64,000 nucleotides of DNA from the human T2T-CHM13v2.0 reference genome, Homo sapiens. The stretch is from assembly GCF_009914755.1 (NCBI RefSeq), contig NC_060944.1. The stretch is one strand, 5' to 3'. Shown one piece after another: positions 53,591 to 64,000 of the stretch. The notes under the pieces are model-generated. The model ran no database searches, was not told the origin of the DNA, and worked only from the letters and a program-made list of their open reading frames with translations. The position numbers were made by a program, and so were the translations under genes. Position 1 is the stretch's first letter; every line of letters starts with the position of its first letter.

Positions 53591-53933
53591 AAAACAAGAT
53601 CATGTCCTTTGCAGGTACATGGATGGAGCTGGAAGCCATTATTCTCAGCAAACTAATGCAGAAACAGAAAATCAAACACTGCATGTTCTCACTTATAAGT
53701 GGGAGCTGAACAATGAGAACACATGGACACAGGGAGAGGAACAACACACACTGGGGCCTGCTGAGAGGTGGGGTGCGGGGAGGGAGAGCATTAGGAAAAA
53801 CAGAGAGTGCATGCTGGGCTTAATACCTAGGTGATGGGTTGATAGGTGCAACAAACCACCATGGCACATGTTTACCTATGTAACAAACCTGCACATCCTC
53901 CAACAGAACTTAAAATAAAAACTAAAATTAAAA
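53591..53933 (+). mobile_element. L1PA (about PA10-13) 3' end
   Basis: ATGTTCTCACTTATAAGTGGGAGCT, GCTGGGCTTAATACCTAGGTGATGGG; exact 12-bp TSD AAGCATTCCTTT (53579-53590 / 53934-53945). Confidence 0.9.
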
Positions 53934-54249
53934 AAGCATTCCTTTGAGCACTTTGTTTAAAGCATTAATTCTTTTTCATACTATGCCATATGGAAGGATT
54001 TAACATATATTAACTTGTTTAGTTGTCGATGCACTGTGTATTACAGAGAATTTCTTAGAAAGAAATCGCTGAATATAAAAACAAGCCACTTCAAGAAATA
54101 GGCCTTTCTCCCAAATTAGGTTATAATCTCAAGGAGATTACATTTACTTTTATCCTCCACTATGCTCAGGCTGGTGATGTTAATGCTTCTTGATAAGTAT
54201 TTGTGGGTACCGTTGAATCATAGAAAAAGTAATAGCTTAAACAAAACAA

Positions 54250-54440
54250 CCGTAGAATAGTGGTGAAATTACTGAAGGGACTGTGGTTTTTGCCAGTTAT
54301 GCATGATGTAATCTTGAGCAAGTAGGTTGCTGATCCTTTCTGAGTCTCAGTTTCCTCATCTCTAAAGTGAAAGTCATAATTCTTTTATATTTGCCTCAAA
54401 GGTAAACTCAGCATGAATGAAATATGTAAAGCAGATTATC
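54250..54440 (+). mobile_element. MIR
   Basis: CTGAGTCTCAGTTTCCTCATCTCTAAAGTG core. Confidence 0.7.
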
Positions 54441-56038
54441 TGATAAATGGGGTTATAGGAATCATTTTGGATAGCATTATTTTAAATGTTACATAAAAGC
54501 ATATATAAACTGTAAAGTAGAGCACAAAATATGACATTAAAGTATGAAAGTATTGAGTAATTGTGTCCTGGACGTCCCTATCGGTAGATGTCTCTATGAA
54601 ACATTGGTTTCTCTTCAGTCGTTCCAAAGATGGATGTCTGAGTACAGTGTGTTATTACATGAAGTCTCTACTTTTCTAGAACCTTTTGTTACAGGCCCCT
54701 GGTCTTTGCAAAGTGATCATTAACTTCCAGGTGGCCTCCCATTCTGACTTCGGCAATGGGCCAATTCCTTGATTCTATCTCACAATGTAACTTCCAAAGT
54801 AAATGTCTATTAAGCCTTTGTGTAAACATTCCAGACCTGTAACAAAATCAACTGAACATAAATCATATCCAGAGAAAAGGGTGTAGGAGAATGTGTAAGT
54901 TTGAAAAATGAAATAATACAGTACAGTTTCATTGTGGATCTCTGGCCTCAGTTACCTTGACTAAGACTTTCTCTGGTCTACATCACAGCTCCTCCCCAGA
55001 GGTAGTGGTTTTTGGTTACTTCAGCGGGCTCTGCCCAAATATAGAGAAAATAAACCCTCCACATGAAAAGATGTAAAGATGCCTACTTGCAAATGGGCTT
55101 AACCAACATTCTAAATAAAAGCCAGATTCTACCATCTCCTTGTCACTTACCGTATCTTGTCCCTATTAAGAAGTTTTGGCTAGAAGTCAAAGAAAGCAAT
55201 TATAATAGGTATGGTTGTTTTGCTTTGGTATTCCTTCCTTCTTTATTTAGAAATGGATGGTGGATAAAAGTTCTTGCCTTTATGAATTGATTTGGGAATT
55301 TTTTTTTTTTGCCTTTGGACAGAAGGATGTTAAGATAAAATGAAAGCTCTCTCTGGAAGAATGGGAAAGAGTGGAAAGAAGGTATTTCATAAAAGTTAAG
55401 GACTTTTGTTTGGTTTTTGCCTTCAAGGGCTCAGGTGTGCATTCTGTCTTTGAAGTGTAAACTTGTCAACTTGAAGATAGTTGTGCAAAACTTTAGTATT
55501 TCCAAAAATACAACTCTGGAAGCATATGTCTAGAGTGTGTCCTGTACAGAGGGGTCAACGTATTTGAAGGTAGGCATTTTCAAATAGGTTTTTACATTTT
55601 TAGAGTAGAACATTTAAGCTCAAAGAACATTCTTTTCTGCATACCTAGCAGGGTCTAAAGCCATGCCATGTCCTTTTTTATACTTTTTATTTTATGAATG
55701 AAAATATATTGTCAGCCTTACTCTTTCTTTCTCTCCGTTGGAAATTAATGTAGAAGAAAAGATCTCACCCAAAGGGATTTTGATGGTAAATAGAGATGTT
55801 ATAAAGTCCGATAAGCTTTGGAATGAGTTACCGGGAAAGATGGTACAGTATCCTTTTCCAGAAATTAATTTAGGATAGGTCCTCCCTGGGTGGGTTCCTT
55901 TGGTTTTGGTTCTGTCTGAATGCACAAGATGGTCAAGGAACTTTAAGACTTGCATTGCACTCCTGTATTCACTGTTGTCGTTGTCTTGCTCATATTCCTT
56001 TGGCCATACCAGGAAGTCACTTGCAGATAGGCCAAGTA

Positions 56039-56430
56039 TGTGCTGATGGCTTTCTGCATCCTTAAGCCCAAATGCATATGATCCTCCGAGGATGCTTCAC
56101 CTATGCATGGAGCAGTCTGGAAGACACTGTTGCATAGTCCCAGTCCCAGAGATAGCTCTCAACAATGAGGGATAGAGTTGGTAATAAATTCCCCAGCTCC
56201 CTTCAGCCTCATAGGGACAGTTCTGTAGTATGTGGTATGTTCTGCACAGTCACTTCAAGGGTCCCAAGTAAGACTGTGCCCAGTTTCCTGCAGAAGTAAA
56301 CTGCTCATAAACACAGTCTAATGGCCTCCCTTCCTTCCCTACCTCTACTGAGGTTTCAGCTCCCATGTATGTTACTTGTACCCAAATGCTGCTCTCAGAG
56401 TCTGCTTCTGAGGGAGCCCAAGCTAAGACA
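56039..56430 (+). mobile_element. LTR16C-like LTR
   Basis: GATAGCTCTCAACAATGA, CCCCAGCTCCCT, terminal TCTGCTTCTGAGGGAGCCCAAGCTAAGACA. Confidence 0.7.
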
Positions 56431-56509
56431 ATATCTGACCTCCTCACTGAAGGAATTGCTTAGGCTAGGCATGGAATCTGCTAACCTTTTATTTTCTTGG
56501 CTCTTGACT

Positions 56510-56563
56510 AGAATAATTATTTAGCACTTGCTATGTTCCAGGCATAGTTCCAAATGTGTGTGT

Positions 56564-56605
<42 letters not shown>

Positions 56606-56820
56606 TATCTATATATAATGTATATATACATATATACATTAAAAATTCAACTCTATGAGGTATGTACAAAAGCTATTCACATTTTACAGATAAGAAAGTA
56701 GAGACATGGGGTGGGAGGTAGGTGACTTGATCAATGTCACAAAGCCAGGAAGGCTTTGAGCCAGGATTCAAGCGCAGGCATCTGGAACCAGCATTCCTAA
56801 CTACTAAGTCATCCTGCCTA
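56510..56820 (-). mobile_element. MIR with internal (CT)n(TA)n microsatellite (about 56565-56638)
   Basis: CATTTTACAGATAAGAAAGTAGAG, GAGCCAGGATTCAA. Confidence 0.75.
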
Positions 56821-58419
56821 TTCATCTGAAAATCAACTAAAATAATGGATTTGAAAAAATAAAAAAAGCAGTTCTAAACAAATGAAACGAATGATTGCAA
56901 CTAAAACTTTCTCAGCCATATCCTTTTATGACTCTCATGTGTTGAGAGGATTTTAAGCAAAAATAGAGACGGGCCGCCTGTTCACTCCAATCACTAAAAG
57001 CCCCTTACAAGTGAGTTGAACTTTGTCTAAAAGGATATTAGATTCTGTTACCTAATTACTGCTTGTCTTTTAGAGTCACCATGAGGAAGTCCATTTTCAA
57101 GAACTTGGGAGGTTTCAGTTGCAGTGGATTATAAGAGGCACTGGAACAGCTGATATACTGAGGTGCCATTAAGAATTATATCACCACCGAAGCATAATCT
57201 TGCTGTAGACATGATTGCTTTGGGCGTAGGCTCCCATGTCAGTGCCAAAAACGCTAAGACTTGGAGAAAGGAGAGGAGAAAGTAGAGCTACTTCCTCTGT
57301 ATGCTTTGCTGCTTGGAAAGGAGACAGAAAAACAGCAGGAAATGCTCACTTCTTCTCTTGGGATCTTTCAGGGACCTCCCACCTGAACAGGACGATTGAA
57401 CTTTGCTTTGGTAAGGGATGACTTGCTGGAAGATGAAAAGCCTTGTGGTGGAACATGAGTGGAGCTCTTCACAGCTCCCCAGGCATTGCTGGTGCAGCAC
57501 GGGGCAGAGGGTGTGGTACAGGTGAGGAGGTGGGTGTGGCTCCAGCTCATGGCCGACAGCTTTCCTGTTCCCTGCTAGGGCAGCTCTGGCATGAGCAGTT
57601 GGGAATCAGACTCTGGGCAAAGCAGGAGCAAAGAGCCTTTCTGAGTTTCCTCGACTGACTTCAATGGACCTGTTTCTAGAGGGGCATGAAGGTGGCTGTG
57701 ACTTCATAAGCAGAATGGAAGTGATTTGATCTACACCGGGCCTGGGAAAATTGGCTTAGGTGTGGCAAAGGTACAGAGTGTGAAACAGGTGGGGAAAATA
57801 AATTCAAGATCCTGAACTTTTCCATGGCCCCCAAAGGGGAAGCCATGGGTACAGTGAATGGAGGGGCTGCCTTCAGCTCACTTGGCGCTGTGGTGAACTG
57901 TCTCAGGGCTTGGCACATTGCCACCATTCCAAGACAGATGGGAAATAAACACCATTAGTATGTCGATAAGTGTTTGTTTTCCTTCAGCATTAGGGCTAAG
58001 AAAAATAAAGTGGGGAGGGTATCAAGCCCTGGAGTAAGCCTTTAAAAGGTTTCCCCTTTTGAATCTCTTACGGTTGTCTATTTATAACAGTTACAATCAC
58101 AACAGAGAGGAAAAGACTTCAATCACCCCTGGGACACATTTTGTCAAAATTACATTTAAGCACTTTTTATTTGTAAGCGAGAAGCATTATCTTTTATTAT
58201 GCCTTTAAAGCAGCGTGGGGAAGTTGTGTGCATAAACCAAGGTGTTGCTGTGGCCTGTTGTCTTTTGTGAACTTCTGGAAAGGATCACCAAGAAGGATGC
58301 TCTGATAACTGTCTGCCAGGCAATTTGCATAAGAGGAAAGAGGCCTTTCTGAAGATCATTAAAAATGATTCATTACTATTGGTCATACACATACATGTTG
58401 TTTTATTACTTAAAAGCAT

Positions 58420-58870
58420 AAATCATACATTGGCAAGTAATTGTGTTTATCAGACTATTTTAGGCCCTGGGAGGAGTAGAGAGGTACAAAGTGTGGTGAT
58501 TATTCCCAAGGAAAGTGCATTTTAATTAGGGAGACAAGAACAATTACACGTGCAGTAGTTAAAAGCTATACAAAAGCCTATGATTAAGTGGTGAGTTGTG
58601 AATAACAGGCTACCCATGCTGTGATTCTCTTAGCGATGACACAAGCGACATCTTGGAAGAGGCAAAACTTGAGACAGGTCTTCAAGGATTGGTGCCATCT
58701 GGACAGGTTGAAGAGGAGTAGGAGGGCTTTCGGATGTGGAGAATGGCATGCACAAAAGCACGGAGGTGAGAATGCACATATGTGTCTGGGACTTCTAAAA
58801 CAGGGCAGCCTGATTGGATTGGAGCCTTTGGGCAATGATGAGTGAGCAATAAAATGGAAGAGAACAGGGT
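58420..58870 (-). mobile_element. L2 fragment
   Basis: GGAGAATGGCATGCACAAAAGCACGGAGGTGAGAA. Confidence 0.55.
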
Positions 58871-59026
58871 CAGAAGGGGCAGACAGGAGTTACCCATCCT
58901 CATAACATGCATTCACTTCTCAACTCCATTACAAACCCACACCAAATTTTTCTGTGTTGACTATTTGAGTATTGTAATTTAAAAAGAGTAATCCGTGTAC
59001 AGAGCCCTGTACTGGGTTACAGAGTC

Positions 59027-59450
59027 TGTCTTAGTTGAGTTTTCCCCAGAAGCAGACACAGATAGAAAGAGTCCAGAGCAAGTAGTTTACTAGGGAGGTC
59101 ATTCTAGGAAACTTTAGCAGAGGGGCAGGAAAGTGAGACAGGAAGGGAAAGGAAGGCAGTCAGGGAAGTGCTATTAAGATACCAACATGGACAAATGGAG
59201 CAAAATCCCAGTGGTGAACTCTAGAAATCAGTGTATAAAATGTGCCTCAGAGTGAACTCATCTGGGAGGTGAGGAAGTTGGGGTATTTATCCACCAGTTG
59301 CCATCAGTCACTGGGTGAGGGCTGCTTTTGAGGGCATTAACTTCCTAACACTTTTGTTCCAGAAAAAAAGTCCTAAGGGAGAAGTTGCAAGCGTTTTTAG
59401 TAAAGAATCCTGGTCCTAATATGTCCACATCTTTAGAATGGAAGTTACAG
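59027..59450 (-). mobile_element. LTR16-family LTR
   Basis: TGTCTTAGTTGAGTTTTCCCCAGAAGCAGAC, GGGGTATTTATCCACCA, TCAGTCACTGGGTGAGGGCTG. Confidence 0.65.
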
Positions 59451-60296
59451 CATGTGCTTCCAACCCTCTAATGAAGGACAAGTCGTCCTGGGGCATCGAA
59501 AAATCCTTTCCTTGGCCAAATTTGCCTCTTCCTATTTCTTACCATTCATTACTATGGTCTGCTCTGAGGCAGAGCAAACTCTGGAAGGATGACTGTAGAG
59601 TTTGGGTCGCAAATGGAAGCATCAGGGAGAGTTCTGGTTATAATAGAACTCCACCTGAGCCAATTTACTTTTAGTGCAAGGAGTTTCCAACACAACTGCA
59701 ATGGAGATTAACAAATATGATAGTGGCTTGAATTTGAAGAAGCTGGAGCAATGATTCTGTGTTGGGCTCTGGGTTTCCAGTGGAGATATGGCAGTGAACT
59801 GGGCTCATGTTTTAGTTTTCATGGGGAAACCAAAATGGTCTCGTTAAAATTCAGCAAACCAAATATCCACCCACCTCCACCCCAACCACACACACCCCTT
59901 CCATTGCCCTCTATAACACATGGCACAGGCCAGCTAGGAAATATAAAATCAATCAGTGGTTTAAATCAAGTTTTTTACTTTCTCTCTCCATCTGCAGCAA
60001 CACTTCATGCCAGTTGGATTATGGTCCATTGGGAGAAAGATCAATTAAGGTGAAACCCCAGTAGAGAAAGCACTGGAGAACAACATTCATTCTTCCTTAA
60101 TAAATCTTAGTTTTAAATATTTGCTTTGAGTTTTGTTCCATTAATAAAGAAAATAAGAAGGAAAACCAACCAATATTTTGTTTTTCCATATGCCGTAGTG
60201 GAATCCTGAAGTTGTTGAATTGAATTAATGCTTGATTCAATGTGAGGAATGGACAAAAGACATGCAGAGATTCAAGTTCCCTCCGTAATCTGGTAT

Positions 60297-60386
60297 TTAT
60301 TCATCAATCCATCCATCCATCTATCTATTCATCCATCCATCCACCCACTCACCCACTCATCCGGCCATTCACCCACCCACCTATCC
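60297..60386. repeat. (CATC)n/(CACC)n degenerate tetranucleotide repeat
   Basis: Direct reading. Confidence 0.85.
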
Positions 60387-60689
60387 TCTTACCATTAGGA
60401 AATTCTTTTATGTTAAGTGCTATAAGAGCCAATTCCTCTTTTTCAGTAAATGGAGAAGAACAATTTGTATTATAAGAATTAGTGTGGGTTAGATTATTTA
60501 TATCATCTTTCCCTGGTGAGGGTTCATGTCTAGGTGTTTCAGACTAGCATTTTTCCTTGGGTAATTTCCACTTTCCCTTTGTAAGCTGATACTTTTACTA
60601 CATGTAAGGTCATAAACTGTTGTTTTGTAAAAAATATTTTGACATGGATGAACAATTTGGAGTGTAGATATGAAGACATAAAAGATAAC

Positions 60690-62640
60690 TTGAAAAAATC
60701 AGACTGATTCTAACATTTATGTAGAGAGGTAAATAATCAAGAATAATTAGTAACATTCTGAAAAAGAAGGGTAGCAAGAAGTGACTATCCTATTATTAAA
60801 TCTTATAAAAACTCATTAAGACAGCATGGTATTGGCATAAGAATAAAAAGACATCATTGGAACAGAATTGAAAGTTTAGAAATAGACCTAAATACATACA
60901 ATAGTTTAATATAAGGCAAAGTTTACATCTAAAATCAGTAAAGAAAGATTAATCAGGGAATGAGGACAACTAAGTCACACATCACACCCTACAGTATAAG
61001 TTCCAAATGAAGAAAATATTTAATGTTAAAAAGGAAATACTGAAAATACAAACACGTACAAAAATTATTTTATAATTACAGAGGAGGGAAAGGCCATAAG
61101 TCATAAAATGAAAGATTGATTAAAAATAAAGTACTTGCACCTGGTGAAAAACACCAACATCAAAGTTCAAAGATAAATGACAAGCCAGGAAAAATATTTG
61201 CAATTCTGTCAAAGTGTGAATTTCTCTACTCTTAAAGGAGGCATACAAACTGATAAGAAAAAGACCAATATCAAACAAATAGCAGAAAAAGAATAGAATA
61301 GTCATGTTTATACAAAGGGAAATTTACAAAGAAAGATCATTTACATTGCTTTAAAAAAGAGAAATGCAAAGCAAAGCATAACTGAGATACAATTTCACCT
61401 GTCAAATTGGCAAAGATTCAAAAGTTTGGTAATACCTGGTATTGGCCACAGTATTGGCACAAACAGGCTTTCAAATACAAATAGTGGGGATGTAAATGGC
61501 AGAAGTTGGCAAACGATGGCTTGTGAGCTCAATTCAGCCTGCTGCTTGCTTTTGTACTGCCCAAGACCTAAGAACCATTTTTAAGTAGTTGAAAAAAATC
61601 AAAATAATATTGTATCGTATCGTATTGTATTGTATTTTACTGTACTGTATTGTATTGTATATTGAACATTTGCTAAGAATAGATTTTAGGTGCTCTTATT
61701 ACACACACACACAAGGTAGCTATGGAAGGTGATGCATAGGTTAATTTGCTTGAACATGTTAATCATTTCACTATACATATGTGTATGAAAACAATCATGT
61801 TGTATACTGTAAGTATATATCAATAAAATAAAACATTTTGTGACACATGAAAATTATGTATAATTCAAATTTCATGCCTTAAGTTTTATTGGAACAAAAT
61901 CATGCGCATTCCTTTATTTGTGTCTATGGCTGCTTTTGTGCGCCAATGGCAGATATGAGTAGTTGTGATAGAGACTGTATATCCTGCAAAGTTGAAAATA
62001 TTTGCTTTCATGCCCTCTATAGAAAAAATGTCCTTACCTGTTGCCATACAAGTTGGCAATATCTATCAAAATTACAAATCCTTTTTGACCTGCTGAATCC
62101 ATATTTTCTTTTCCTACAGATACACTTGCATAAACATGACTTGACATATATCCAAGATATTCATTGTTCTAGTGATTGGCAAAAGATTGATGCAGTAAAT
62201 GGCTCTCAATAAAGGGCTGGCTATATAATTATAGGATATCTTCACAGTGAAATACCATTCAATTATAAAAAAGAATAGAAAATGATTCATTCATTACACT
62301 GAAATGAAATAGTATTTGAAATACATTAAGTGGAAAAAGCAAGATAGAGTGGTAGATAAGATGGAAACTACCATTTGTGTAAAAAAGTAGGATAAGATAT
62401 GTATACATATGTTTATACATTTGCCCACACATTTTCTCTCTCACACACATACAAATAAATTATCTCTAAAGATTACATAAGATGTCCTGATAACCAAACA
62501 TTTGTTGTCAGGGTTTTCAGAGGGTAGGGTAACTAGATCCTTAGGGCCCAAGGGCAGGAGATTGACTTTCATAAGGTTTTATACTTATTTTTAATACTTT
62601 TAGAATTTTTAACCAAGTGATTTTTATCTACGAAAAAATA
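60690..62640 (+). mobile_element. Old L1ME-like element, interrupted by MER58
   Basis: ACAGCATGGTATTGGCATAAGAATA...GGAACAGAATTGAAAG; continues after about 62040. Confidence 0.75.
61500..62040. mobile_element. MER58B-like hAT fossil, interrupted by an L1MA 3' end (about 61608-61832) with (TATTG)n
   Basis: CAGAAGTTGGCAAAC start, AAGTTTTATTGGAACA, TGTCTATGGCTGCTTTTG; insert TTTGCTAAGAATAGATTTTAGGTGCTCTT. Confidence 0.78.
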
Positions 62641-63089
62641 TTTTGAAAACTTACCTCCCCTTACCGCTTCTAGTCACTGTTCGTCTCATGACCTGGTAAT
62701 ATTTTCTCCATACCATATATCTCCATCTGAAATTCTTATTTTTCTGTTTACTTCTCTAACATCCTTTCTAGACTATAGACTCTTTCAGAGCAGTGACCAG
62801 GTCTGTCTTGCTGGTACCTGAAGCCTTGTTGGATGAAGGAACTGGCTCCATGGGATGAGTGGTGAGGCTGTGTGGGATAGGGGTTTGTGGTATGGGCAAG
62901 GGATCTCTGTAGCAAAGATGGACTCCTGCAGAGTGCATGCAAGGTTTTCAGACAATGGGGATCATAATTTCAAATCCTTGGTACCTCCAATAAATCCAGC
63001 CTTCCATCACCACCATTATCCCAGCTGAAGACTGAAAGGTGCACCAGCAGACAAATCAGCAATCTGCAAACACAACATACCAAAGAGCT

Positions 63090-63500
63090 TGCCACTTCAT
63101 GTGGGCACTCCTGGTGTTATATGTTCAAATGTGCAGCATAGTTTGTAATAGACAAAAATTGGAAACAATCCAAGTGTCCATGGTTAGGTTCATGGTTGGG
63201 GAAATGTTGAAATGCCATGTAGACATGAGGAAGAAGAGAGAGCATTATAAATGGACTTAAAAAGATGACCATAAGATATACAGTAAAGAAAGCAATTTGC
63301 AAAATAGTATGTATGATATGCTCTTGTTTTAAAAAAAGTTATGCATAAAAAATTTAAAAAGAGTGGCACATTGGTGCTGCGCTGTTAGTGGTAACAGCAT
63401 AATGGGGACCTGTGTGGAAAGGGAATGTCATCTCTTATGTTGTATATTTCTATGGGGTTGAATGTTATTAATATTCATAAATTTCTTATGCAATTAGAAA
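63090..63500 (+). mobile_element. Old L1ME 3' fragment
   Basis: GTTTGTAATAGACAAAAATTGGAAACAATCCAAGTGTCCA. Confidence 0.65.
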
Positions 63501-64000
63501 GGGTAAGTGAATCCACATTGGTATATCACTCCATGTGTAAATGTCTGAGTTCCTGACATGGGAATTTCACAATAAGGACACACATAACTTACCTACAGAG
63601 CCCAGGGAACAGTAAACAATGGGAAACTGAGCTCTAGAATCTTGAAAACAAAGGTGGCAGTCAGGACTCATGAAATCTGACTCTTGGGAACTAGCAGGAT
63701 ATATTTATTTGACATTGGTTCCTCCAAAGTGAAACTATACAGGCCAGGAGATGGAGGGAGGGCTAGCATGGTTGTCAGAGTATGGGGGCCCTAATGCTCA
63801 ATTTTAATGATGTGAATTTTAATAAATTTAAAATAACAATCCAAAGACTGATATGGCTCTAGAATGGGACTGAGGAGCAATGTCCATATACCGCCTCCTA
63901 TAAACACCCGCTTTCTTTGTTATGATGTCCTGTTCTTATTTTCTTAATTTTTCCTGATGCAGCTGAGATAACAAGACAGGGTGGTCTGGGGCTGGGCCCA

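Overview
Primate (human-like) non-coding genomic DNA, intergenic or deep intronic. It is CpG-depleted and dominated by interspersed repeats: Alu, L1, L2, MIR, ERVL/MaLR LTRs and hAT/mariner fossils. I find no credible cellular protein-coding exon, RNA gene or CpG island. The only real protein homology is a decayed L1 ORF2 (about 12.0-15.1 kb), and I cannot name the locus. The standout feature is a 418-bp inverted repeat (378-795 / 1414-1831, 618-bp spacer) with no mismatch found by eye. It arose when part of an LTR33-like LTR plus 26 bp of its flank was copied in reverse into an AluY through TTGAGA microhomology, so it looks like a very recent templated insertion. Other rearrangement scars: a three-piece 5'-inverted L1PA junction, a 22-bp micro-inversion inside an Alu, a 74-bp fold-back in a CA/TA tract, a tail-less inverted L1 fragment, a 50-bp duplication of an Alu end, and an 18-bp tandem repeat carrying MITF/TFE-type E-boxes. 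Repeat subfamily names come from recalled consensus sequences and need RepeatMasker/Dfam confirmation; boundaries of old elements are approximate. I see no evidence of a new multi-gene system.
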